DNA of 64,000 bases from a virus, in IMG/VR virus record IMGVR_UViG_3300027759_000073, positions 1-64,000 of that record; one strand, given 5' to 3'. The translations under genes were made by a program, and so were the position numbers. This document shows, one piece after another, positions 38,378 through 47,758 of this stretch. The notes under the pieces were generated by a model. That model saw nothing but the letters and a program-made list of their open reading frames with translations, ran no database searches and had not been told where the DNA came from. The number at the start of each line of letters is the position of its first letter. The first letter of the stretch is position 1.

Positions 38378-39153
38378 TACATAACCTCCATATAGAATCT
38401 TATCAGACTATCTCTTACTGCTGTTGTAGTAAATGCTGTTGTAGCAATCTGGGTAGTATTTGTTCCAGCGGATGCCGTGGCAGCCGTTGGTGCGCCAGAG
38501 AGTGCAACACTTGACTTAATTGCCGTAACTCCAGTATCAGAAACTGAAATATCTCCAGTTTCCGCCACAGCGGTTGGTACTCCAGAAGCGTTATAAACAA
38601 TGATGTTTCCAGCAGTGCTTGTTGCTAACTTGCTGAGTGCAATGCCCGCTGATGCACTAATGTCTCCGTTGACGATTGTCCCGTCAGAAATCATTGCGCT
38701 AGTAACTGTTCCAGTATCGCTAGTGGTTATAACACCACTCTGATTGACCCATGCACTCCCATTCCACTTCAGGAAATCTCCAGTTGAAGGAGATGGTGCG
38801 GTAACATTGCCGATATCGTCCAGGGTATTAATTGTTGGAACTGCGGCTGCGACCCATGCGGCAGACGCCGATACATACTTCAGGAATTGCCCATCTGTCG
38901 GGCTAGGAGCGTCAACATTGCCAATGTCATCAAGGGCATTGATGGTCGGCACTGATGCTGGAACCCATACGGATGACGCTGAGAGATACTTTAGAAAGTT
39001 TCCATCAGATGGTGACGGTGCCGTGACATCGGACAGGTTATCCAAAGCAATGGCACCTAAACTTATCCATTTTTCGCCATCGTATTGCCAAGTAGAAAAA
39101 CCTACGGCATAAGTTTGACCGTTTGTTGGGGAATCTGGGAAGTTAATAGCCAT
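38377..39153 (-). CDS. tail fibre segment protein
   Basis: MAINFPDSPTNGQ start; three LDD..[DN]V.APSP..G.FLK...WV repeats; motifs shared with the 1783-aa fibre. Confidence 0.7.
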   Translation of the reverse strand: MAINFPDSPTNGQTYAVGFSTWQYDGEKWISLGAIALDNLSDVTAPSPSDGNFLKYLSASSVWVPASVPTINALDDIGNVDAPSPTDGQFLKYVSASAAWVAAAVPTINTLDDIGNVTAPSPSTGDFLKWNGSAWVNQSGVITTSDTGTVTSAMISDGTIVNGDISASAGIALSKLATSTAGNIIVYNASGVPTAVAETGDISVSDTGVTAIKSSVALSGAPTAATASAGTNTTQIATTAFTTTAVRDSLIRFYMEVM

Positions 39154-39176
39154 AAGTGCTTAGTCTCCTTGTTTCT

Positions 39177-39386
39177 TCATTGCTGGTCGGCAGATAGTCC
39201 ACTTGTATTTCTTCCAACAAAAGTATCACCCGCAATATTATACCGTGACGAGGCAATTTGGTTAGAGCCTGATATTGGGCGGGATTGGCTGTATATCCAT
39301 TCACCGAGCGTGTCGGCTCTAGCGACGGTAGACCATAATGCCAGTAAGGCTACTGGAACAAAAATTAACCAACGACTTTTAATCAT
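39177..39386 (-). pseudogene. signal-peptide-bearing short ORF, possibly a truncated exported-protein gene
   Basis: MIKSRWLIFVPVALLALWSTVARA-D resembles the signal peptide of the 708-aa protein, but the ORF stops about 45 aa later. Confidence 0.35.
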
Positions 39387-40107
39387 ACTTTTTTGGAACC
39401 CAATATTTTTGAGAATACCCACCAATTAACTTGCTAAAAATTTTGTGCATCCTAAACAGGTTAGTTTTTTCGTTTAATTTTATTCTTTCACTTTTCCAAA
39501 TTTCTCTCTTAAAAGGAATTATTTGAAGTATTGGAGTTCCTGCTGGTATTAATCCAGTAAAACCTTTTTTAATAAAGAAAGGAATACTTCCAGTTCCAGC
39601 AAACAAACCAGTATCTGTATCAATCACTCCAGCAGTAGTAACAAAAGGAGATTCAGTATCATTCAAAGGTTGCTGAATCAAACACGAATAACCCTTTGGG
39701 GTAATTGGGGCATAATACATTTGCCAAGCAAACTCGTTTTCATGGCAACCAATTGGGGTTGGAATACTTTTTCTGGTTGCAACTATAAACGGATTAGGTT
39801 GACAGGCATACACCCATTCAATTTCATCTCCAACTTCTGTAATATAAATATCAGTCCAAGTTTTATATATGTAACCAGCCGTCATTGCATCCCTAAAAGG
39901 AACACACGCTTTAACGGTTAAATCAAGTCTGCCATTAAACATTTTTCTAGGAAGGTTTACGGCACGCAATCTTTTGTACCAAGATGGAATAGATTTTGTT
40001 GCTGATTTTGGTACTTCTACAACATCCCAAGCATCATTGTTTGTTGATTCAAATGTAATTAATTTTTCTTTTAGAAAGAAATCCAAGAAATAGTTGCTTC
40101 GTCCCAT
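39379..40107 (-). CDS. conserved phage protein (DUF6065-like)
   Basis: PSWYK...TVKACVPFRDAM..GY...TPKGYSCL..QP...GVIDTD...GTPILQIIPFKRE; start uncertain. Confidence 0.6.
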   Translation of the reverse strand: MGRSNYFLDFFLKEKLITFESTNNDAWDVVEVPKSATKSIPSWYKRLRAVNLPRKMFNGRLDLTVKACVPFRDAMTAGYIYKTWTDIYITEVGDEIEWVYACQPNPFIVATRKSIPTPIGCHENEFAWQMYYAPITPKGYSCLIQQPLNDTESPFVTTAGVIDTDTGLFAGTGSIPFFIKKGFTGLIPAGTPILQIIPFKREIWKSERIKLNEKTNLFRMHKIFSKLIGGYSQKYWVPKKYD

Positions 40108-40424
40108 GCGTACAGTTTTCCTTCTTCAATAGTTGGATGTGGAACTGGAGGTTGCCAATCAAAATTTTGGTCTAACGACCATGAAGCATACGGTTTTTCA
40201 AATATAAAAACATCATTTTCTCTAAGATATTGCAGCCCCACGGAACCATACTGTTTGCGTATTTCAGGTGAAGTTTGTAGCCATTCGCCATCAAGACCTA
40301 AAGATGCAATAAATGTTTGACCTGCTTGTTCCGACTCAGGGAACACGCCTCCAGCGCAATCACTATCATCAATAACAATCACATTCGTAACAATGTTGTT
40401 TTCAATTTTTGCAAAGTTAGCCAT
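40071..40424 (-). CDS. putative fibre assembly/accessory protein
   Basis: MANFAKIENNIVTNVIV...WLQTS...DVFI..KPYASW...WQPPVPHP...WDE; follows the Gly-rich adhesin. Confidence 0.55.
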   Translation of the reverse strand: MANFAKIENNIVTNVIVIDDSDCAGGVFPESEQAGQTFIASLGLDGEWLQTSPEIRKQYGSVGLQYLRENDVFIFEKPYASWSLDQNFDWQPPVPHPTIEEGKLYAWDEATISWISF

Positions 40425-40426
40425 AG

Positions 40427-41704
40427 TTATACCAGTGTAATTACGAAGTTAGATGAGCCAGTAAAAGTGTGAATGGTATATCCACCACTGGTAGATGTTG
40501 AACCACCAGTAACAGACATACCAGCAGCAGCAGATGTCAAGTAGGAAACATAAACCACACCTTGAACTCCAGCACCTCCACTGCCAGAAGCGTATGCACC
40601 GCCACCTCCACCAGCACCATATTGTGACCCATTTGCGCCGTTGCCGTTCACTGCTGCGCCACCATTACCGCCACCGCCTGAACCACCTGCACCGCCAGTT
40701 CCAGAACCACCACCACCTGCACCACCAAATACGGTTGAACCTACGCCGTTAATAGAACAGGCAGTTCCAGCACCACCTGCTGCACCTTGTGCGCCACCGT
40801 CACCAGATTTACCGCCAGTACCACCAGTATTTGTAGTACCAGAACCGCCAGCGCCACCGTTACCGCCGACATTTCCAAATGCGTTAGCACCAGTACCGCC
40901 ACCATTCCCAACAACAGTTGAACCAGTAAAGTACGAAACAGATTGACCAGAAACGCCACCAACAGTAATCGTGTACGAACCAGCAGCCTGAGCAGCAGGT
41001 TGAACTACACCACTTCCAGCACCACCACCGCCTCCACCGCCGCCGCCTGAACCAGTACCACTACCGCCAGAACCACCACCGCCAACAACAAGTGTTTGAA
41101 CGGTAAGAGTTGAAGCAAGTGTTGTGAAAGCAACACCAGCCGATTGTGAACCAACACCATAAGCGTTCTTAGGTCGCATATAAACTGTATATCCAGTAGA
41201 TGCCGTCAAACCAGTCAAGTTCTTAGGACTTGACGAAACACCAGCATCAACCCAACTAGACAAATAATAATCGTAACCAGTTATCGCACCACCACCAGCA
41301 GTAGTTGTAAAGTTCACTGTTGCTGTAGTTCTTGAAATACTGCTTACAGAAGTAATTGTTGTTGTGCCAGTCGGGATTCCATCGGTTGTAAACGAAACAC
41401 CAGTTGAAGCAGGACCAGAACCAACAGCATTAACTGCACGCAAATAAACCGTGTATGCAGTGTTCTGTGTTAAACCACTTACTGTTACTGGACTGGTTGC
41501 ATCAGCAGGGGATAGTGCTGTCCATGAAGAGTTGTTGAACGAGTATTCGTAGTTCGTAATTTCCGAACCACCGTCGTCAGATGGAACAGTAAAAGAAATA
41601 GAAACACTTGTATTGATTGGAATAGCACTTAAAGAGGTTGGGGCTGTTTTGGGTGCGGTTGCACCCTTCATACTCCCAATCATTCCCGATATTGCACCAG
41701 TCAT
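40427..41704 (-). CDS. FN3-FN3 plus polyglycine domain protein (adhesin-like)
   Basis: Two FN3 units (DGGSEITNYEYS...YTVYLRAVN.VG.G; YTVYMRPKNAYGVG), then VVGGGG...GGYTIHTFTGS. Confidence 0.75.
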   Translation of the reverse strand: MTGAISGMIGSMKGATAPKTAPTSLSAIPINTSVSISFTVPSDDGGSEITNYEYSFNNSSWTALSPADATSPVTVSGLTQNTAYTVYLRAVNAVGSGPASTGVSFTTDGIPTGTTTITSVSSISRTTATVNFTTTAGGGAITGYDYYLSSWVDAGVSSSPKNLTGLTASTGYTVYMRPKNAYGVGSQSAGVAFTTLASTLTVQTLVVGGGGSGGSGTGSGGGGGGGGGAGSGVVQPAAQAAGSYTITVGGVSGQSVSYFTGSTVVGNGGGTGANAFGNVGGNGGAGGSGTTNTGGTGGKSGDGGAQGAAGGAGTACSINGVGSTVFGGAGGGGSGTGGAGGSGGGGNGGAAVNGNGANGSQYGAGGGGGAYASGSGGAGVQGVVYVSYLTSAAAGMSVTGGSTSTSGGYTIHTFTGSSNFVITLV

Positions 41705-44700
41705 CAGGTAAGTCCGTTACCGCTAATTATCCACGAAGTAGAAGTTATCTTTACAGCAGTTGCCATACCAAACGCTGCAAGAGTTCTGGAACCAGTTGTT
41801 CCAGCACCAGCAAGATACATTGTGTCTGATGTAATTGCTATTGTTACCGTCGCGCCAGAACCAGCAATAAACACAACAGTTGAACCAATAGGCATAGCAA
41901 TTGTTGCATTAGCAGGGATGGTTACCGTGCGAGTTGCACTTGAATAAATGTGTTTTCCAGCATCTGCCGCAACAACCCCGTAAGCACCAGTAGTTGCAGA
42001 GTTCTGCGGCAAACCCATATAGCCAAAACCAGTAGTGCCAGTTGTTGTTGTCCCAGCACTAGGGCTTCCAGTTACACTTCCAGTAAATGTTGGGCTGGCA
42101 AGGTTTGCCTTGAGAGCATCTGCTGTATCAACATAGGCTGTCGTAGCGAGAGCCGTAGAATTATTGTTTGCCGTTTGTGTTGTTGCAATAGTTCCTGTGG
42201 GGAGCGTAGGTGTTCCAGTAAATGTTGGACTAGCAAGGTCGGCTTTCGCAGCAAGAAGAGCGTTATCGTTTACCCAAGCAGTTCCACTCCATTTAAGAAT
42301 GTCACCAGATGATGGTGTTGGCGCTGTAACATCAGTCAAGCCATCCAACCCAACAATGGGTCCTGCTGGACCTGTTGAACCAATTATTTCAACCCAAAAT
42401 GAGTCGTAATAAACATAGGTTTTTCCAGTATCAGACTCATACCATATTTGACCAGCCAACGGTGATACTGGTGGTGTGTCAGAGACAGTTGCGCCACCAA
42501 TAATGGTTTCGGCAACCCATGCGGCAGACGCCGATACATACTTTAGGACCTGTCCATTAGATGGTGAAGGAGCAAAAACATTGCTCAAGTCGTCTAGTGT
42601 TGCGTTCAAAGAAACAGAAGCCGAAGAGCCTTCTCCTGGGGTATGTGAAACCGTGATTCCAGTACCAGCAGAGAGTCCAGACATATAGTTGCCCGTTGTA
42701 TCCGTGCCGAGAGCGACGCTATTAGCAGCAATTGTCGCAACACCAGCGCCGTCAATTGTTATGTCTCCAGAAATTGTTGTCGCTGTTACTACACCAGTTG
42801 TAGTTGTTCCAAGGAGAATCTGACCAGCGGTTGCGTTAGCAAGTTTGCTATGAGCAATTGCGGCAGATGAACTGATATCTGCGTTAACAATTGTTCCATC
42901 GGCAATCATCGTGCTGGTAATCGTTCCAGATGGTGCTGAGAATGTACCAGTAAACGAAGCGTTATTGATTGGTGCGGCATCTGTAATGCCATAACCAGAA
43001 AGTGTTGTTGGGTTAGTTCCTGCGGTCACACGCCCATAGGTGTCTACTGTTACCGATTTGTATGTCCCAGTTGCGGAGATTACCCCAGAAGCGAGGTCAA
43101 TATTGTCAGCATTAACAACAATTCGTGAAGAACTAGCAGTTCCAATGTCTAGGGTGTTACCCGTAATAGACATACCAGTTCCAGCAGTAAGTGCCGCTGT
43201 ACCAGTAAATTGTGTAAACACAACATTGTCTGTGCCAAGGACTATTGCACCATTGGTGCCTGTTCCTGTAGTTGTTTGAATAAAACCTTGGTTTGCATTT
43301 GTAGTTCCGTAAAGAACAAAAATGGCATCTCCTGGCACAATAGTGCCTTCTGCTCCAGAGTTGTCCATATCTGTTGCTCTTGTGATAACCCAAGGAACAG
43401 ACACTGAACCAACCGTGGTAAGAGTGTAAACACCATTCTGCTTTGCATCGGTTTGGTTCTTAATAAGAACTCTTTGACCAACAGTTACTGATTCTCCGTC
43501 AAGTACAGAAAAAGCACGGTTTGTATCAGCAGTAAGAGTTGCTCCTACTCCAGCAGTTCCGTTACTGTAAGTTGCTGATAAGTTTGAAACTGATGAAGCA
43601 TGCACCGCCTGATGCCAGTTAATACCTGATACAAATGAATCAACATACTGTTTTGTTGCCGCTTGAAGGGCTGAAGATGGGTTTGCGGCGAGTGTCACGG
43701 TTCCCGTTGCAGTAATGTTTGCAAAAGTTACCGATGCACTTGTTCCAATTGCTTGCCCAATGGCTACAGTCGGAGTTGCTGTTTCCCCAGAGTTATTGGT
43801 AAGGGTTACACCCGTTCCAGCAACAAGAGATGCAACATAGTCACCAGTCGTGTCAGTACCAAGAGCAACTGCGTTTGGCTGTACCGTGGCAGTAATGGTT
43901 ACATCGGACGAGCCATTGAAAGAAGCAGAGCCGCTGACATCTCCACCCAAAGAGATTGTTCGTGCATTTTGCAGAGTCGTTGCTGTAGAGGCATTTCCAA
44001 CCAATGACGCAGTAACAGCAGCAAATGTAACCGATGCGCTTGTTCCAACGGCTTGTCCAATGGCTACCGTTGGGGATGTACCTTCACCTGGTGTGTGCGT
44101 AATGGTCACACCAGTTCCAGCGGTCAAATCGTTTACATAGTTTCCAGTTGTATCGGTGCCGAGCGATACTGAGTTCGGCTGAATGGTTGCGGCTATTGAT
44201 GCATTTGTAGAACCGTTAAAAGAAACCGAACCAGTTACATCACCAGTTAGTTCAATCGTTCGTGATGTTGCAAGCGAACTTGCCGTATCTGCGTTTCCAG
44301 TCACATTCCCGATGAGTGGTGCCGTGACAGCGGCAAACTGCACAGATGATGAAGTCCCTACTGCCTGACCGATTGCAATCGTTGGACTTGTTCCTTCGCC
44401 AGGAGTATGCGTTACGGTGACGCCCGTACCAGCGGTCAAATCATTAACATAGTTGCCAGTTGTATCTGTTCCAAGGGCAATACTGTTTGGTTGTACAGTT
44501 GCTGTAATGTCAACATTTGTTGAACCATCAAACGAAACAGAACCAGAAACATCGCCAGAAAGAGAGATAGTGCGTGCGTTCTGTAGGGTTGTGGCTGTAG
44601 CAGCATTTCCAGTTGTTGAGCCAGAACTTCCAGTGACATTTCCAGTGACATTTCCAGTTAGAGACGCCGAAACATGCGCAAATGTTACGGATGCAGATGT

Positions 44701-47055
44701 TCCGACAGCCTGACCAATTGCGATGGTTGCATTGGAGCCTTCACCAGGAGTATGGGTAATGGTTACGCCAGTGCCCTGTGTCAGGTCTGACATGTAATTG
44801 CCCGTGGTGTCAGTTCCAAGAGCAACCGAGTTTGGCTGGATGTTTGCAGTGATTGAAACATCGGACGCACCGTTGAACGATGCGGAACCGCTAATATCAC
44901 CAGACAAAGAAATTGCGCGGGAAGTCTGGAGTGTGGTTGCAGTGGTTGCGTTTCCTTCAAGCGGAGCAGTTACTTTTGCAAACTGCACCGAAGCAGATGT
45001 AGCAACATCTTGTCCGATAGCGATTGCTGGAGTTGCACCTTCGCCAGAGTTGTTGTTAAGAGATACGCCAGTTCCTGCAACTAATGAAGATACATAGTCG
45101 CCGCTAGTGTCTGTTCCAAGTGAGACCGAGTTTGGTTGAATCGTTGCAGATATATCAACATTGCTAGTTCCATTGAATGAAACAGAACCAGAAACATCAC
45201 CACTAATCGAGATTGTCCTTGCATTTTGCAGTGCTGTTGCTGTGCCAGAATTTCCAGTCACATTTCCAGTCACATTTCCAGTCACTGGTGCTGTTACAGA
45301 AGCAAAAGTCACCGAAGAACTATTTGATACAGCCTGTCCAATTGAGATTGTTGGCGTTGCAGTTTCCCCGCTATTATCAACAACAGAAATACCAGTTCCA
45401 GCGATAAGAGATGCGACATAATTTCCTGTTGTATTCACACCAAGAGTTACTTGTGCATCACCAGTTGTTACACCAAGAACTCTGCCGTATGCATCTCTTT
45501 GAATACCTGAAACAAAAGCCAAAGATGGTGAGCCAGAAACATCATTTTGTGTTATTCCTGAGAGTCCAATTGTATTATCTACTACAGAAAGACCACTGCC
45601 AGCGGTAAATGAATGAACTCCAGTAATTTGCAAAAACTGGATACTGTCAGTACCAATAATGTGAGCGCCGTTTATACCACTTCCGTATGAAGAAGTTACA
45701 AATTGCTGGTTACTATTCTTGTCTCCGCTTTGTGTGTCAACATGTTCGCCATTGTGGATTTGGTTTGGGTGTGAACCGTTAACATCATCTGCTCGTGTAA
45801 GAATCCAGTGTGAACCAGCACTACCCTGAGCGGTTACTTCGTAAATACCATTCTGTTTTGCATCAACCTGATTCTTTACAAGAATACGATTCGTGTTGCT
45901 TGCTTCTACTCCATCTACTACAAGTCTTGCATTTGCGGATGATTCAAGTTTTGCGCCAATACCATATCCGCCGTCTTGGTCTAAAGTTCCAGCAGTATAG
46001 GTTGGAGAATTAGGAAGGACTGCGTATGTGGAAAGGCGAACCTGCTGAGCCCAAGTAAATTCATTTAATCTTGTCTCTATCGAATAAGAGTCAATAATGT
46101 CGTTGTAGTCAGTTCCGTTTTCAGTTGTTTGCCACTTATCTGTTGTCTCATTCCAGCGAAGAGCAACATTGGCTGAAGAACCACGCTCAACTTCAATTCC
46201 AGCATTTAGGCTTGGTGAGCCAGTGGTGCCAGAGTTAAGAACAACAATGTTATCCTCAACAGAAAGTGTTTCTGTATTAAGAGTAGTAGTGGTTCCATTA
46301 ACCGTAAGGTTTCCACCTACTGTTACATCACCTGTAGTTTCAATTTTTGCAAAAGTAACAGATGCGCTTGTTCCGACTGCTTGTCCAATGGCAACAGTTG
46401 GACTTGAGCCTTCTCCAGGTGTGTGTGTTACTGACACACCAGTTCCTGCGGTTAAATCGTTTACATAATTACCAGTCGTGTCTGTTCCGAGTGCAACACT
46501 ATTTGGTTGGATTGTGGTAGTAATGTTTATACCTGTTGAGCCATCAAATGAAACGGAGCCAGAAACATCACCCGACAAAGAAATCGCGCGGGAAGTTTGA
46601 AGCGCAGAAGCGGTAGTCGCATTACCAGTAAGTGGTGCGGTCACACTTGCGAACTGGACGGAAGAACTTGTGGCAACTGCTTGCCCAATCGCCACGGTAG
46701 GAGTGGCACCTTCTCCTGAGTTATTTGAGAGCGTGACGCCAGTACCAGCGGTTAGGCTCTGCACATAGTCACCAACAGTGTCTGTTGAAAGGTTTACTGG
46801 GTCATTAATCCAGGCTGAAGCAGAACTGCTATAACGGAGGAAGTCGCCATTTTGAAGGCTGCTGATAGTTACATCGCCGACTGAATTGAGTGTTAGGGTT
46901 TCAGAATAATAGTCAGTCGCGTTCCATAGCGCGCCAGTACCAAGTTTTAATTTTTTAGTATCTAGTTCCATTCCCCATTCGCCAGCGGCAAGGGTAGGGT
47001 TGGCAGCGGTCCACGCAGAGGCATTAGCCCTCTTAATTTGAATTTTAACGCTCAC
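41704..47055 (-). CDS. long repeat-rich tail fibre with Mtd-N-like N-terminus
   Basis: KIQIKRANASAWTAANPTLAAGEWGMELDT.K.K.G.G N-terminus; about 100-aa internal repeats; 1783 aa. Confidence 0.85.
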   Translation of the reverse strand: MSVKIQIKRANASAWTAANPTLAAGEWGMELDTKKLKLGTGALWNATDYYSETLTLNSVGDVTISSLQNGDFLRYSSSASAWINDPVNLSTDTVGDYVQSLTAGTGVTLSNNSGEGATPTVAIGQAVATSSSVQFASVTAPLTGNATTASALQTSRAISLSGDVSGSVSFDGSTGINITTTIQPNSVALGTDTTGNYVNDLTAGTGVSVTHTPGEGSSPTVAIGQAVGTSASVTFAKIETTGDVTVGGNLTVNGTTTTLNTETLSVEDNIVVLNSGTTGSPSLNAGIEVERGSSANVALRWNETTDKWQTTENGTDYNDIIDSYSIETRLNEFTWAQQVRLSTYAVLPNSPTYTAGTLDQDGGYGIGAKLESSANARLVVDGVEASNTNRILVKNQVDAKQNGIYEVTAQGSAGSHWILTRADDVNGSHPNQIHNGEHVDTQSGDKNSNQQFVTSSYGSGINGAHIIGTDSIQFLQITGVHSFTAGSGLSVVDNTIGLSGITQNDVSGSPSLAFVSGIQRDAYGRVLGVTTGDAQVTLGVNTTGNYVASLIAGTGISVVDNSGETATPTISIGQAVSNSSSVTFASVTAPVTGNVTGNVTGNSGTATALQNARTISISGDVSGSVSFNGTSNVDISATIQPNSVSLGTDTSGDYVSSLVAGTGVSLNNNSGEGATPAIAIGQDVATSASVQFAKVTAPLEGNATTATTLQTSRAISLSGDISGSASFNGASDVSITANIQPNSVALGTDTTGNYMSDLTQGTGVTITHTPGEGSNATIAIGQAVGTSASVTFAHVSASLTGNVTGNVTGSSGSTTGNAATATTLQNARTISLSGDVSGSVSFDGSTNVDITATVQPNSIALGTDTTGNYVNDLTAGTGVTVTHTPGEGTSPTIAIGQAVGTSSSVQFAAVTAPLIGNVTGNADTASSLATSRTIELTGDVTGSVSFNGSTNASIAATIQPNSVSLGTDTTGNYVNDLTAGTGVTITHTPGEGTSPTVAIGQAVGTSASVTFAAVTASLVGNASTATTLQNARTISLGGDVSGSASFNGSSDVTITATVQPNAVALGTDTTGDYVASLVAGTGVTLTNNSGETATPTVAIGQAIGTSASVTFANITATGTVTLAANPSSALQAATKQYVDSFVSGINWHQAVHASSVSNLSATYSNGTAGVGATLTADTNRAFSVLDGESVTVGQRVLIKNQTDAKQNGVYTLTTVGSVSVPWVITRATDMDNSGAEGTIVPGDAIFVLYGTTNANQGFIQTTTGTGTNGAIVLGTDNVVFTQFTGTAALTAGTGMSITGNTLDIGTASSSRIVVNADNIDLASGVISATGTYKSVTVDTYGRVTAGTNPTTLSGYGITDAAPINNASFTGTFSAPSGTITSTMIADGTIVNADISSSAAIAHSKLANATAGQILLGTTTTGVVTATTISGDITIDGAGVATIAANSVALGTDTTGNYMSGLSAGTGITVSHTPGEGSSASVSLNATLDDLSNVFAPSPSNGQVLKYVSASAAWVAETIIGGATVSDTPPVSPLAGQIWYESDTGKTYVYYDSFWVEIIGSTGPAGPIVGLDGLTDVTAPTPSSGDILKWSGTAWVNDNALLAAKADLASPTFTGTPTLPTGTIATTQTANNNSTALATTAYVDTADALKANLASPTFTGSVTGSPSAGTTTTGTTGFGYMGLPQNSATTGAYGVVAADAGKHIYSSATRTVTIPANATIAMPIGSTVVFIAGSGATVTIAITSDTMYLAGAGTTGSRTLAAFGMATAVKITSTSWIISGNGLT
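42600..46800 (-). repeat. about 300-bp degenerate coding repeat within the long fibre (nine full or partial copies)
   Basis: LGTDTTG[ND]Y...L.AGTG...GEG..PT.AIGQ.V.TS.SV.FA recurs nine times; the ISLSGDVSGS.SF.G...QPNS half recurs six times; boundaries approximate. Confidence 0.85.
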
Positions 47056-47726
47056 TAGAACACTCCTCCATCATAAATTGCTTCGACCATATTTGTAAGT
47101 TCTGCTTCAAAAATCTCTTCGAAATTTGTTCCGCCATCAATGTCTAATAAACTAGCACTGTTGTCCTGATTGACCCATGCGGAGCCATTATAGACCAGTA
47201 TCTGACCAACAGTTGGAGAAGGTACTGAGACATTCCCAATGTCATCAAGCAAGGCGACACTAGTGATACCTATTTGCACCCAGTCAGAGGCGTAGTAAAC
47301 AAATGTCTTAAGGGTGTCAGACTCAAACCACAGGTCACCCTCTTCTGCTCCCGCTGGAGGTGTGGCTGATACGACAAGAGATGCATTACCAGTTCCGCTA
47401 GAAACGGAAGCCGAAACAAACTTTGTTCCGTTGAATACGAGTGCATCTCCAACAGTTGCGCCAGTTGGGTCAATCTGTGTTCCAGCAACGAACAGACCAG
47501 CAGACTTAAAAGTATCGTCAGTCTTGAGAACATTTGCGGTGTCGCGGTATAGGTTTGTGTCTCCAGCACCAGCACCAGCACCCCATGTAATGCGCCCGCC
47601 TGCTTCTACTTTGAGTCTTGCAAAAGATTCCTGGTCAAGAAATACAGTGATGCCGTCCGAGCCTGCCGATGACAGATTCTTAATCGTTACGGGTACTGTA
47701 AATTTTTGAGCCATGACCTCAGTCAA
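47055..47726 (-). CDS. tail fibre segment protein
   Basis: DTNLYR..ANVLKTDD, VSATPP...GDLWFESDT.KTFVYY, LDDIGNV..PSP..GQ.L.YNGSAWVN, DGG motifs. Confidence 0.65.
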   Translation of the reverse strand: MTEVMAQKFTVPVTIKNLSSAGSDGITVFLDQESFARLKVEAGGRITWGAGAGAGDTNLYRDTANVLKTDDTFKSAGLFVAGTQIDPTGATVGDALVFNGTKFVSASVSSGTGNASLVVSATPPAGAEEGDLWFESDTLKTFVYYASDWVQIGITSVALLDDIGNVSVPSPTVGQILVYNGSAWVNQDNSASLLDIDGGTNFEEIFEAELTNMVEAIYDGGVF

Positions 47727-47758
47727 TCTCTTGTATGAACCCCACGGGGTTATTTATA

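Noticed and set aside
42600-46800. Regularly spaced repeats resembling a CRISPR array
   Set aside because: The repeats are ~300 bp, in frame, degenerate at third codon positions and inside one ORF; there are no unique spacers or cas genes.
46900-47055. Mtd-N-like domain suggesting a diversity-generating retroelement
   Set aside because: No reverse transcriptase, Avd, or TR/VR pair differing only at adenines is visible; this N-terminal module is common in fibres without DGRs.
47737-47751. Short palindrome AACCCCACGGGGTT as a terminator
   Set aside because: Loop too small and no U-tract; could be an operator but is unsupported.
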